Source: Nitrospirota bacterium
Lineage (GTDB): Bacteria > Nitrospirota > Nitrospiria > Nitrospirales > Nitrospiraceae
DNA: 60,537 bases
Reading direction: 5' to 3'
NCBI GenBank assembly: GCA_963701855.1
Contig: CAVPBK010000008.1
Coordinates: 1 to 60,537, forward strand
A program made the position numbers and the translations under genes. The notes below the pieces were generated by a model. The model saw only the letters and a list, made by a program, of their open reading frames with translations. It was not told the DNA's origin and ran no database searches. Each line of letters opens with the position of its first letter. Position 1 is the stretch's first letter. Of the stretch, positions 49,885 to 60,182 are shown one piece after another.

Positions 49885-51948
49885 ATGAACCGAGCCGCAC
49901 AATGGGGAGATCAACTCCGCATTCAGCACAAAGTATGGGTGGTGCTTCTGCTGCTCTGTGTGCCGCTCAGTGCGGGCATTGCAATTCACCTGTATGTTGC
50001 CCAACAGCTGCTTACGCTCCAACAACAACGGGATGACCTCATGCTGGCTGCTGAACAGGTTCATGTGCTGGGGCGACTCGCGGTCGATATCGAGGACGGT
50101 TTTCGCGGCTATGTTTTGACCCAGCAGTCAGCGTTTCTCTCTCCGCTGGCTGAAGCTGAAACGAAACTCAACCAGACTTTGTCGGATGCCGCAAAGTCGC
50201 TCACGAAACTGTCTGGTTCTCCAAACCAACTCGCTTCGATCGAGCGACAACTGAAAGACCTGCTGCGATCAAAACATGAATTGATTGCAGACATTCAGAA
50301 TGGGCAGCTGGACAAAGCGTTAGCGTACGTGCGGTCGGGTGAAGGGCTCCGACTCTCCTCTCTCCTCCGCGCAGACCTCTGGGCTGTCGAAAACCATTTG
50401 GAGACGCAGCGGAATTTTTCGCATGAACAAGCGGATGCGTTGTCGCAGCGAACCTTTGTCGGCCTGTGGATCACGCTGGCTGGTGTGGTCGTGCTGGGAT
50501 GGATAGTCTCACGCGTACTAGCCCGCTCTCTCACAGATCCGATCACACGACTGCAATCCGCTACGGCAAGTATCGGAGCGCAAGTCGATGTGGCCGGGAT
50601 CACCGAGTTGCTGGTCACTGGCCGAGGAGCGAAGGACGAGCTCAGTCAATTGGCCGAAGCCTACCTTGCCATGGCTCGTCGCATCGAGAGAACCTTTCGA
50701 GAGATCAACACCATCGGATCGGACGATCTAGAGGAGTCGCTTCATCGTATTACCGACCGCGCTGTGGAATTGGTGCAAACAGATATCTGTTTGGTGCTTC
50801 TTCGCGGTGAAGACGTAGGTTGCTGGATTGTAACGGCTGCGTCCGGAGAATGGAACGACCATTTGAAAAAACGAGTCATACCGTGGAAGGAAATCCCTGT
50901 CGGAGTTCAAGCGTTTGAGACACGTAAGGTCGCCACAGGGGAATGGTGTCGTTCGGATGAGTGGCCGCCGATGGTCCGGCGCCACTTGATCGGAGACAGT
51001 ATGCTGGCCATTCCACTATTGGCACATGGAACTCCATTTGGTGTCCTGTCGTTTTTGAACGAGCGACCCCGGACCGCTCATGAATGGAGTCAGCGACTGG
51101 CTGAAGGATTAGCCCAGGAAGCTGCGCTGGCCATCTCAAATGCGCGAATGTACGAAGCGGCACAACAGAAGCAGCGGGGGTTAGCGACACGCCTTCGACA
51201 ACTTGAGCATCTGGCGGAAACCTTGGCGCATGATCTCAAAGGGCCGGGGGCTCGCATGGAAGAACTCGCACGTTTGCTGGTTCAGCAGGACCGTGGGCAA
51301 TTCGATGACCGGACGAAGCGGTGGTTATCACTTATAGAAGAGAATAGTAGAGATCTTGTACAGCGAGTGGAAGGAATCTTGACCGTGGCTCACGTGGGTG
51401 TTGATCAAGAGGCTGTCACGGCTATCGATCCAACTGCAATTATTAGTGAGGTGCTGAACGCCCGATCTGATGAGATCACGCGGCTTCATGCGGTAGTACA
51501 CGTTGAACGAGGGTTACCGCTTGTCGTCTGTCATGGCGTTCATCTTCGGCAAATCTTTGACAACCTTGTCTCGAACGCGCTTAAATTCTCGGCCATGGGA
51601 GAGTCGCCCGTGATAAAAATCAGCGGGTGTGTGCAAAATTCAGTGGTGGCATTTTCTGTTGAGGATCGCGGGATCGGGATCCCTTCGACCCAACGCATTC
51701 GAGTGTTTCAGCCATTTGTCCGTTTGTTGATGTCTGACACAGCCGGCGACGGGATTGGTCTGACCATAGTCCAGCGTATCGTGGAACTGTACGGCGGCAC
51801 CGTGTGGATCGAAGGAGCCGAGGGGCCTGGCTGCACAGTACAATTCACGGTCCCGAGCTTTCGAGATCAAGAGGGAGCCTCGAACGCCAGGCTACGGTCG
51901 TCGAGGAATCCCGATGTGGTTGATGTCGTCCGGCCAGGAGCGTTGTGA
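49885..51948 (+). CDS. Sensor histidine kinase (CHASE3-like, HAMP, GAF, HK)
   Basis: DIEDGFRGYVLT, LAHDLKGP, NLVSNALKF, GIGL. Confidence 0.9.
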   Translation: MNRAAQWGDQLRIQHKVWVVLLLLCVPLSAGIAIHLYVAQQLLTLQQQRDDLMLAAEQVHVLGRLAVDIEDGFRGYVLTQQSAFLSPLAEAETKLNQTLSDAAKSLTKLSGSPNQLASIERQLKDLLRSKHELIADIQNGQLDKALAYVRSGEGLRLSSLLRADLWAVENHLETQRNFSHEQADALSQRTFVGLWITLAGVVVLGWIVSRVLARSLTDPITRLQSATASIGAQVDVAGITELLVTGRGAKDELSQLAEAYLAMARRIERTFREINTIGSDDLEESLHRITDRAVELVQTDICLVLLRGEDVGCWIVTAASGEWNDHLKKRVIPWKEIPVGVQAFETRKVATGEWCRSDEWPPMVRRHLIGDSMLAIPLLAHGTPFGVLSFLNERPRTAHEWSQRLAEGLAQEAALAISNARMYEAAQQKQRGLATRLRQLEHLAETLAHDLKGPGARMEELARLLVQQDRGQFDDRTKRWLSLIEENSRDLVQRVEGILTVAHVGVDQEAVTAIDPTAIISEVLNARSDEITRLHAVVHVERGLPLVVCHGVHLRQIFDNLVSNALKFSAMGESPVIKISGCVQNSVVAFSVEDRGIGIPSTQRIRVFQPFVRLLMSDTAGDGIGLTIVQRIVELYGGTVWIEGAEGPGCTVQFTVPSFRDQEGASNARLRSSRNPDVVDVVRPGAL

Positions 51949-53432
51949 GGAGAGATGAGATGATGACACGTGGTGGAGTGGCCGACACGCGATCGGCCAG
52001 AACAAAGTCCAAAGCGCCGTTCACGATCCTGATCGTTGAAGACAATGCAACGGATGTTGAGTTGATGCTGCACGCCCTTGAATCCGCGGATCTGAAACCG
52101 CTCGGGGGGGATTTCGATATGGAAGTTCGTGCCACCGCAGAAGGGGCCTTGCAGTTGCTCGGGGACCGGGCCGTCGATCTTGTGCTGACCGACATGATGT
52201 TGCCGGGTATGAATGGGCTGGACCTCGTCAGCAGCATTCAAAGGATCGATCCAAACTTGCCAGTGCTGGTGGTGACAAGAATGAATGCCGTTCCTTTTGC
52301 CGTGGATGCGATGCGGCGAGGCGCCTTCGACTATGTACTGAAACCAGTCAATGCCGAGGACTTGGGGGCTCGACTTCATCGGGCGATTCGAATCTCTGAA
52401 ATTCTGCGTCGGCATTCGGTCTACGAACAGCAGGACCGGCAGGAATTTTCGGCCAATAGTTTCGTGGGGAGCGGCGCCGCATTCGAACAAATCATGAGGA
52501 GTATTCGTGAGGCGTCCCAAAGCCACGCGACAGTCTTAATTACCGGCGAAACCGGAACGGGAAAAGGGATGATTGCACGGGCGATCCATCAGCAGAGTCC
52601 TGAGCGCGATCGTCCGTTTCAAGTGATCGATTGTACGACCGTTCCTGATGGGATGATGGAGTCAGAGCTATTCGGGCATGTTCGGGGGGCCTTCACCGGT
52701 GCGATCGTTGATAAGCCTGGACTCATTGAGTTGGCGAACGGCGGCAGTGTGTTTCTCGATGAGATCGGTGAGCTTCCCCTTCTCCTTCAAGCGAAACTCT
52801 TGCACGTTCTGGAGGAAAGCGAGGTGCGTCCCGTAGGCGGAACCAGAGTCCGACGGATCAATACACGCTTTATCGCTGCAACCAACCGGAATCTAGAAGC
52901 ACGAGTGCGTGAGGGGACTTTCCGGAAGGATTTGTACTATCGGCTCGCCGTCGTTTCGATACGGGTGCCCCCACTCCGCGAGCGTTGCGACGACATTCCC
53001 GTTATCGCACGGCATTTGCTCAGCAGGCTTGTTCAATCCATGGGCAAGGCACAATGCCATTTTGATGAAGAGGCTATGAGAGTTCTTGTGTCTTACTCCT
53101 GGCCGGGGAATGGACGGGAGCTTCGCAATGTCTTGGAACGGCTGGCCATGCTTGCGACCGGCGACATTATTCGGGCGCGAGATGTCCGAAGTCTGCTTCC
53201 ACAGTGTGCTGCTGAAAGTCTCGCCGTAGTTGATCCAAGTCTGACCATCCTTCCCTATATGGAGGCGAAGGAGCGAGCGCTCGAAGTGTTTACGAAATCA
53301 TACCTGCGTGTCAAGCTGGCGCAGCATGGCGGTGTCATCACGAAGGCCGCTGAAGAGAGCGGCATTCCACGGCAGCATTTCTCGCTGCTCATGAAACGAT
53401 TTCTGGGGAGCGAGGACGTCGAGAATCTGTAG
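51945..53432 (+). CDS. sigma54-dependent response regulator (NtrC family)
   Basis: Receiver, GETGTGK, GAFTGA, FLDEIG, RKDLYYRL, C-terminal HTH. Confidence 0.96.
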   Translation: MRRDEMMTRGGVADTRSARTKSKAPFTILIVEDNATDVELMLHALESADLKPLGGDFDMEVRATAEGALQLLGDRAVDLVLTDMMLPGMNGLDLVSSIQRIDPNLPVLVVTRMNAVPFAVDAMRRGAFDYVLKPVNAEDLGARLHRAIRISEILRRHSVYEQQDRQEFSANSFVGSGAAFEQIMRSIREASQSHATVLITGETGTGKGMIARAIHQQSPERDRPFQVIDCTTVPDGMMESELFGHVRGAFTGAIVDKPGLIELANGGSVFLDEIGELPLLLQAKLLHVLEESEVRPVGGTRVRRINTRFIAATNRNLEARVREGTFRKDLYYRLAVVSIRVPPLRERCDDIPVIARHLLSRLVQSMGKAQCHFDEEAMRVLVSYSWPGNGRELRNVLERLAMLATGDIIRARDVRSLLPQCAAESLAVVDPSLTILPYMEAKERALEVFTKSYLRVKLAQHGGVITKAAEESGIPRQHFSLLMKRFLGSEDVENL

Positions 53433-53580
53433 CGCCTGTCTCTCATTCGTAACAATTCAACAATCCACCCGCCTCTTTCTCTGCTCATTCCCACGATCAT
53501 GTTTCGTCTTCGTAGCATAGCAAGCTTGCGAAATGGTTCAAGGGGCACCTTGTCAGGGTTCTTCAATATATCCACGTTGA

Positions 53581-53664
53581 CGAATACTCAGATATGCGAA
53601 TACAACAACTTGATATATTTTATTAAATTACATGCTTACCCAATGACGCATATCACAATATTCG
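53581..53664. promoter_or_regulatory. Paired candidate upstream activator sites with an IHF consensus between them
   Basis: CGAATA-N6-TATGCG (53581-53598) and its inverse CGCATA-N6-TATTCG (53647-53664); TATCAAGTTGTTG on the minus strand 53603-53615. Confidence 0.55.
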
Positions 53665-53781
53665 ATTAACGAAATAACTTATTTTCTCCTTCCCCTAACA
53701 TCTCGTCTCAATCCTAGCATTATCCCTTCTACTTCAATGTGTTAACACTCATGATTTTCTTGATGCCACATTATTTCAGTC

Positions 53782-53797
53782 TGGCAACTCTCTTGCT
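53782..53797 (+). promoter_or_regulatory. sigma54 -24/-12 promoter of nxrAB
   Basis: TGGCAACTCTCTTGCT (GG-N10-GC). Confidence 0.8.
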
Positions 53798-53938
53798 ATA
53801 TCGTTAGCAAAATTTGTGGATGGCCAGCATGTTCATGAAATTGTGTCAGATTTTCAGAAACGAAGGAAATGTAGACGAAATATTTTCTGTGCGTCACATG
53901 GGCTTGATCGAAGCCCTCAACTAGAGGAGGTGTGACCC

Positions 53939-56900
53939 ATGTTTTTGTCACGGAGGCAGTTCTTAAAAGTGACGGCGGGGACGGTCGCGGCCGTGGCCGT
54001 GGCGGACAATGTGCTGGCGCTGACCGCACTCCAGCCGGTCATCGAAGTCGGGAACCCGTTGGGAGACTATCCGGACCGGTCCTGGGAGCGGGTCTATCAC
54101 GACCAGTATCGGTACGATTCATCGTTTACCTGGGTCTGTTCCCCGAATGACACGCATGCCTGCCGCGTGCGGGCCTTTGTCCGGAACGGCGTGGTGATGC
54201 GGGTCGAGCAGAATTACGACCACCAGACCTATGAAGATCTCTACGGCAACCGCGGGACCTTTGCCCACAACCCGCGCATGTGCTTGAAGGGGTTTACCTT
54301 CCACCGCCGGGTCTATGGCCCCTATCGGTTGAAAGGGCCGTTGATGCGCAAGGGCTGGAAGGAGTGGATGGACGCGGGCTCCCCGGAGCTCACGTCGGAG
54401 GCGAAGCGCAAGTATAAGTTCGATAGCCGCTTCCTCGACGATATGCTGCGGGTGTCGTGGGATACGGCGTTCACCTATGTGGCCAAGGCCATGATCATCA
54501 TTGCCACACGGTACAGCGGGGAGGCCGGCGCGCGGCGGCTGCGGGAGCAGGGCTATGCGCCGGAAATGATCGAGATGATGAAGGGTGCAGGTACGCGCTG
54601 CTTCAAGCATCGCGCGGGCATGCCGGTCCTCGGGATCCTGGGCAAGATGGGGAATACCCGGATGAACGGGGGCGTCAATGCGCTCCTGGATACCTGGATC
54701 CGGAAGGTCGGCCCCGAACAGGCGCAGGGGGGCCGCTACTGGTCGAACTATACCTGGCACGGGGACCAGAACCCATCTGACCCTTGGTGGTGCGGAGCGC
54801 AGGCCTCGGACGTCGACCTTTCCGACATGCGGTTCTCCAAGTTGAACACGAGCTGGGGCAAGAACTTCGTCGAGAACAAGATGCCGGAAGCCCACTGGAA
54901 GCTCGAGTGTATCGAGCGGGGGGCCCGGATCGTCGTGATCACGCCGGAGTATAACCCGACCGCCTATCGGGCGGACTACTGGATGCCGCTCCGGCCCGCA
55001 TCGGATGGCGCGATTTTCTTGGGCGCCATGAAGATCATCGTCGATGAGAATATGCACGACACCGACTTCTTGAAGGGCTTTACCGATTCGCCCATGCTCG
55101 TCCGCACCGACACCTTGCAATTCCTGGATCCGCGCGATGTGGTGGCGGACTACCAGTTCCCGGACTTCTCCAAGAGCTATTCGGGCCGGGTACAGTCGCT
55201 GAACCCGGCGCAGGTTGCGCGGCTCGGCGGCATGATGGTCTGGGATCTGAACAAGAAGCAGGCGGTCCCGCTGCACCGGGAGCAGGTCGGCTGGCATTAT
55301 CAGAACAGTGGCATCGATGCCGCCCTCACCGGGACCTATCGCGTGAAGTTGCTCAATGGGCGCGAAGTCGATGCGATGCCGGTCTGGCAGATGTATTTGG
55401 TGCATTTCCAGGACTATGACCTGGACACCGTCCATCAGATTTGCCGGACGCCGAAGGATCTGTTGGTCCGCTGGGCTCGGGATTCCGGCTCGATCAAGCC
55501 CGCCGCCATTCACAACGGCGAAGGAACGAACCACTATTTCCATCAGACGATTAACTCGCGTGGAGCAGCGATGGTGCTCATCGTCACGGGCAACGTGGGC
55601 AAGTTCGGCACCGGGCAGCATACCTGGTCCGGCAACTACAAAGCGGGCATCTGGACGGCAACACCCTGGTCTGGGGCGGGACTCGCGGTACACACCGGGG
55701 AGGATCCCTTCAACATCACGCTCGATCCGAACGCGCACGGCAAGGAGATCAAGACCAACTCGTATTACTACGGCGAAGAGGTCGGCTACTGGAACCATGG
55801 CGATACCGCCTTGATCGTCAGCACCCCCAAGTATGGGCGCAAGGTGTTTACGGGCAAAACGCACATGCCGACCCCGAGCAAGTTCCGCTGGGTGGTCAAT
55901 GTGAACGTGCTGAACAACGCCAAGCACCACTACGACATGGTGCGCAATGTCGATCCGAATATCGAGACCCTGATCTGTCAGGACATCGAGATGACCTCGG
56001 ACGTGAACCATAACGATATCGCCTTCGCCGCGAACTCCTGGATGGAGTTCACCTATCCCGAGATGACGGTGACGGTGTCGAACCCCTGGATCCAGATCTG
56101 GAAGGGGGGGATCCGGCCGCTGTACGACACGCGGAACGACCTCGATACCTTTGCCGGGGTGGCGGCCAAGTTGTCGGATATGACCGGCGACAAGCGGATG
56201 CGCGACTACTTCAAGTTCGTCTACGAAAACCGCGTCGATGTCTATGCCCAACGGATGCTCGATGCCTCCAGTACCTTCTACGGCTACAGCGCCGATGTCA
56301 TGCTGAAATCCGAAAAGGGCTGGATGGTCATGGTGCGGACCTATCCGCGTACGCCGTTTTGGGAAGAGACCAACGAGTCGAAACCCATGTGGACCCGAAC
56401 CGGGCGGTATGAAAATTACCGAACCGAGCCGGAAGCGATCGAATATGGCGAAAACTTCATTTCACACCGCGAAGGGACGGAAGCGACCCCCTATCTGCCG
56501 AATGCGATCATGACCACCAACGCGTATGTCCGGCCGGACGATTACGGGATTCCGATCACGGCGCAGCACCATGACGATAAAACGGTGCGGAACATCAAGC
56601 TGCCGTGGCAGGAAATTAAGCGCCATGCGAACCCCTTGTGGGAGAAGGGCTACCAGTTCTACTGCGTCACGCCCAAGACCCGCCATCGGGTGCACAGCCA
56701 ATGGTCCGTGAACGACTGGGTGCAGATTTATGAGTCGAACTTCGGCGATCCGTACCGCATGGACAAACGGACCCCGGGGGTGGGCGAGCACCAGCTGCAC
56801 ATCAACCCGCAGGCGGCGAAAGACCGCGGGATCAACGACGGCGACTATGTCTATGTGGACGGCAATCCGGTGGACCGGCCCTATCGCGGCTGGAAGCCCT

Positions 56901-57376
56901 CGGATCCCTACTATAAGGTGGCGCGCCTCATGATTCGGGCCAAGTACAATCCGGCCTATCCCTACCACGTCACGATGGCGAAGCACGCGCCCTACGTGGC
57001 CACGCCCAAGTCGGTCAAGGGCCATGAGACGCGCCCGGACGGCCGCGCCATTGCCGTGGACACGGGCTATCAGTCGAACTTCCGGTACGGAGCCCAACAG
57101 TCCTTTACGCGGAGCTGGTTGATGCCGATGCATCAGACCGACTCGTTGCCCGGCAAGCATGCCATCGCCTGGAAGTTTAAGTGGGGCTATCAGGTCGATC
57201 ACCATGCGATCAATACCGTGCCGAAGGAATGTCTCATCCGGATCACCAAGGCCGAAGACGGCGGGATCGGGGCTCGGGGACCCTGGGAGCCGGTGCGGAC
57301 GGGCTTCACGCCGGGCCAAGAGAATGAGTTCATGATCAAGTGGCTCAAAGGCGAACACATCAAGATTAAAGTCTGA
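53939..57376 (+). CDS. nxrA: Nitrite oxidoreductase alpha subunit (periplasmic, Nitrospira type)
   Basis: Tat motif SRRQFLK; Fe-S motif CSPNDTHAC...RMCLKG; TWHGDQ; KTRHRVHSQW; 1145 aa. Confidence 0.97.
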   Translation: MFLSRRQFLKVTAGTVAAVAVADNVLALTALQPVIEVGNPLGDYPDRSWERVYHDQYRYDSSFTWVCSPNDTHACRVRAFVRNGVVMRVEQNYDHQTYEDLYGNRGTFAHNPRMCLKGFTFHRRVYGPYRLKGPLMRKGWKEWMDAGSPELTSEAKRKYKFDSRFLDDMLRVSWDTAFTYVAKAMIIIATRYSGEAGARRLREQGYAPEMIEMMKGAGTRCFKHRAGMPVLGILGKMGNTRMNGGVNALLDTWIRKVGPEQAQGGRYWSNYTWHGDQNPSDPWWCGAQASDVDLSDMRFSKLNTSWGKNFVENKMPEAHWKLECIERGARIVVITPEYNPTAYRADYWMPLRPASDGAIFLGAMKIIVDENMHDTDFLKGFTDSPMLVRTDTLQFLDPRDVVADYQFPDFSKSYSGRVQSLNPAQVARLGGMMVWDLNKKQAVPLHREQVGWHYQNSGIDAALTGTYRVKLLNGREVDAMPVWQMYLVHFQDYDLDTVHQICRTPKDLLVRWARDSGSIKPAAIHNGEGTNHYFHQTINSRGAAMVLIVTGNVGKFGTGQHTWSGNYKAGIWTATPWSGAGLAVHTGEDPFNITLDPNAHGKEIKTNSYYYGEEVGYWNHGDTALIVSTPKYGRKVFTGKTHMPTPSKFRWVVNVNVLNNAKHHYDMVRNVDPNIETLICQDIEMTSDVNHNDIAFAANSWMEFTYPEMTVTVSNPWIQIWKGGIRPLYDTRNDLDTFAGVAAKLSDMTGDKRMRDYFKFVYENRVDVYAQRMLDASSTFYGYSADVMLKSEKGWMVMVRTYPRTPFWEETNESKPMWTRTGRYENYRTEPEAIEYGENFISHREGTEATPYLPNAIMTTNAYVRPDDYGIPITAQHHDDKTVRNIKLPWQEIKRHANPLWEKGYQFYCVTPKTRHRVHSQWSVNDWVQIYESNFGDPYRMDKRTPGVGEHQLHINPQAAKDRGINDGDYVYVDGNPVDRPYRGWKPSDPYYKVARLMIRAKYNPAYPYHVTMAKHAPYVATPKSVKGHETRPDGRAIAVDTGYQSNFRYGAQQSFTRSWLMPMHQTDSLPGKHAIAWKFKWGYQVDHHAINTVPKECLIRITKAEDGGIGARGPWEPVRTGFTPGQENEFMIKWLKGEHIKIKV

Positions 57377-57445
57377 GGACGGTACGTGTGCCATGGGAAT
57401 CGACGGCGAGGAATCGCGGTGAACGAAGAATGAGGAGGAACCACC

Positions 57446-58735
57446 ATGCCTGAAGTGTATAACTGGCACCTGGGACGGAAGATGCTGTATCCCTACGAGG
57501 AGCGGCATCCGAAGTGGCAGTTTGCCTTTGTGTTTAATATTAACCGGTGTTTGGCCTGTCAGACCTGTTCGATGGCGGACAAGTCCACCTGGCTCTTCTC
57601 CAAAGGGCAGGAATACATGTGGTGGAACAATGTGGAAACCAAGCCGTACGGCGGGTACCCCCAGTTCTACGATGTGAAGATTACCCAGCTCATCGAGCAG
57701 GTGAACCCGGGGGGCCAGGTCTGGAACGTCCGGGTGGGCCGCAAGCACCATGCCCCCTACGGCGTGTTTGAAGGCATGACCATTTTCGACGCCGGGGCCA
57801 AGGTGGGGCAGGCGGCGATCGGCTATATTCCGACGGACCAGGAGTGGCGGTTCGTGAATATCTACGAAGACACGGCCACCTCGATGCGCGCCCTCGTGGA
57901 AGGCATCGATAAGACCGGGTTCTCCCGGGACGAACCGTGGAAGATGACGGGCAGTAGTCTGCCGGAGCACGAGACCTTCTTCTTCTATCTCCAACGGATT
58001 TGCAACCACTGCACGTATCCCGGGTGCTTGGCGGCCTGCCCCCGCAAGGCGATCTACAAGCGGCCCGAAGACGGCATTGTCTTGATCGACCAGAATCGGT
58101 GCCGGGGGTACAAGAAGTGTGTCGAACAATGTCCCTACAAGAAACCGATGTATCGCGGCACCACGCGCGTCTCGGAGAAGTGCATTGCCTGCTATCCGCG
58201 CATTGAAGGGAAGGATCCGCTGACCGGGGGCGAGCCGATGGAAACCCGCTGTATGGCGGCCTGTGTCGGGAAGATCCGCATGCAGAGTCTCATGCGCATC
58301 GGCGACGATGGCCTGTGGGCGGAAGATCGGTGGCATCCGCTCTACTACACCATTCGTGTCGAGCAGGTGGCGCTGCCCCTGTACCCGCAGTGGGGCACGG
58401 AGCCCAATGGCTACTACATCCCCCCGCGGCATAGCCCCCGCGGCTATGCGCGCCAGATGTTCGGCCCGGGCGTGGATAATGCCATTGAAAAGTATCTGGT
58501 GCCCAGCCGGGAACTCTTGGCCGTGCTCCAGCTCTGGCGCGCCAGCCAGCAGATCGTCTTCCGGTACGATGTCATTCCGGGCCCCAAAGTGTTCGAAACC
58601 CAGATCCACGGGAAACGGTTCGAGATGTACAACGATACCGTGCTGGGCTTCAACAAGTCGGGGAAGGAAGTGGCGCGGATTCAGGTCGAAGAGCCGATCT
58701 ACATTCGGCCCGCCGAACGCGTCAACTGGTTGTAG
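57446..58735 (+). CDS. nxrB: Nitrite oxidoreductase beta subunit
   Basis: CLACQTCSMAD, CNHCTYPGCLAACP, CRGYKKCVEQCPY, CIACYPR; 429 aa. Confidence 0.97.
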   Translation: MPEVYNWHLGRKMLYPYEERHPKWQFAFVFNINRCLACQTCSMADKSTWLFSKGQEYMWWNNVETKPYGGYPQFYDVKITQLIEQVNPGGQVWNVRVGRKHHAPYGVFEGMTIFDAGAKVGQAAIGYIPTDQEWRFVNIYEDTATSMRALVEGIDKTGFSRDEPWKMTGSSLPEHETFFFYLQRICNHCTYPGCLAACPRKAIYKRPEDGIVLIDQNRCRGYKKCVEQCPYKKPMYRGTTRVSEKCIACYPRIEGKDPLTGGEPMETRCMAACVGKIRMQSLMRIGDDGLWAEDRWHPLYYTIRVEQVALPLYPQWGTEPNGYYIPPRHSPRGYARQMFGPGVDNAIEKYLVPSRELLAVLQLWRASQQIVFRYDVIPGPKVFETQIHGKRFEMYNDTVLGFNKSGKEVARIQVEEPIYIRPAERVNWL

Positions 58736-58760
58736 GCGTCGGCGCGACCAGCGCGTGACA

Positions 58761-58799
58761 GGGGGCGGAGTTCCGTCAGGAGCCCCGCCTCGTGTGTTT
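58761..58799 (+). terminator. Possible terminator hairpin after nxrB
   Basis: GGGGGCGGAGTTCC-GTCA-GGAGCCCCGCCTC, weak U tract. Confidence 0.5.
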
Positions 58800-58909
58800 A
58801 ATCCTTGGCATTGGAGAGACTCCTTTGCCACCCCATTTCTAGACCGCATTATCCATGAAGGGTCGTCGCGAAAGCATGCAGACGCAAAGCGAAACGAGCG
58901 CTCAGAGGG

Positions 58910-58954
58910 GTGCAGCCCTGAGGCATACTCGTGCAGTATGTCGAAGGGCTGCAC
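58910..58954. repeat. Hairpin sharing the GAGGCRTAC..GTAYGTYGA core of the MITE/REP-like family
   Basis: GTGCAGCCCT-GAGGCATACTCGTGCAGTATGTCGA-AGGGCTGCAC. Confidence 0.6.
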
Positions 58955-58987
58955 GGTGAGACTGCCAGTCATAGCCGCATATCTGCG

Positions 58988-59173
58988 CTATCCCATCGCT
59001 GCCCATATTTTCTGTGCGTTCTCGCCTGTAAATGTCATGTCATCCTGTGTGTTGGAGCTGCGCTCGAAATAGAGATGCAGCAATCCTCCTCCAAAGTGCG
59101 CTTCTCGGACTAGGTCGAGATTGATCGCAACGTCACCTGTGCGTTCTTCATCCTTCACTTTGATAAACCGCAT
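58988..59173 (-). CDS. Small hypothetical protein (61 aa)
   Basis: AAGGAGG RBS; protein-like composition. Confidence 0.75.
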   Translation of the reverse strand: MRFIKVKDEERTGDVAINLDLVREAHFGGGLLHLYFERSSNTQDDMTFTGENAQKIWAAMG

Positions 59174-59489
59174 AACTGCCTCCTTTTGTAGATATAACGA
59201 TTATCCTTTCACATGAGAGCATTGGATCTCATGTCTGTGAAAGGTCGTCGTAAATTATGCGGCCGGGGAGAATGAGTCAAGCTAGGAGGGGGTAAGTTAC
59301 TTTTTCGATTTGGCCTCCGCCACACCCTGTCGTGAATTGAACGACCCCTGCTTGCTTAAGTGAGCTTATTGTAATGGGTAAGCTCACCTAAAACCGATCT
59401 ATCTGGCTCACAAGCCTGTGTTGTCTTTCTCGTTCGTCGAACTCAGCAAACGAGATAGATCAGATTCCCGCCACAATCAATGAAATGGC

Positions 59490-59870
59490 GTAAGCTCCCC
59501 CGTCAAGGAGACAGTATCAAAGGAGAACTTCCAGCCGTCATGCGGACCCAGAAGCTGGTCGGGGGCAACCCGTCCAACGTGTCATGGGGCCGCTCTTCGT
59601 TGTACTCCTGCATCCACTCCGCACTGAATCTTGCGCAGCTGAGCCAGCGACTCGAACACTTAGGCGTCGAGCACCTCATGGTGGAACGTTCGATTGAATC
59701 GTTCCACAAAGGCATTCTGATTCGGTTGGCCCGGCTGAATATACCGCAGAGCAATCCCTCGGTCCGCACACCACCTCGCAACGCGGTCGGCGAGAAATTC
59801 CTGGCCATTGTCGAGCCGAATCGCCTGCGGCTGGCCCCGCCAAGCGGTGACGTGCTCCAAGCACCGGCAC
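59490..59870 (-). mobile_element. IS3-family transposase 3' remnant with terminal IR-like end
   Basis: IRLDNGQEF..YIQPGQPNQNAFVERFNRTF, in-frame stop and frameshift, YNEERPHDTL. Confidence 0.85.
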
Positions 59871-59926
59871 CCTAGTTCTCCCTTACCCCTGAAGTTGACG
59901 GCGCCGTTTAGTTTGAAGGGCGCCGT

Positions 59927-60182
59927 CATAAAATTCAGACAATCCATCATCCCAATAGTCACTCTACTGATCATGATCATGGGACTCTTCTGCGGGGCCG
60001 AGGCAAAAACCGTCGAAGCGGGTCATGCGACATTACGCTGGACAGGGACAGACGCCATTGATGATCTGGGGAATGGGGACAGAGTCTTGAGCGGCACTAT
60101 TACCGGGACCATTCCCGTTAAGTATCTTCCCGAAGGATCGGGATCTCCGCAGATCCATACGGGCAAAATAGCAGGTTGTTGA
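59927..60182 (+). pseudogene. Fragment of an exported protein
   Basis: Signal-like IPIVTLLIMIMGLFCGAEA followed by beta-rich sequence; start unclear. Confidence 0.35.

Noticed and set aside
54119..58972. Long antisense ORFs (710 and 836 aa) opposite nxrAB
   Set aside because: Shadow frames caused by strong codon bias on the sense strand; no motifs or RBS.
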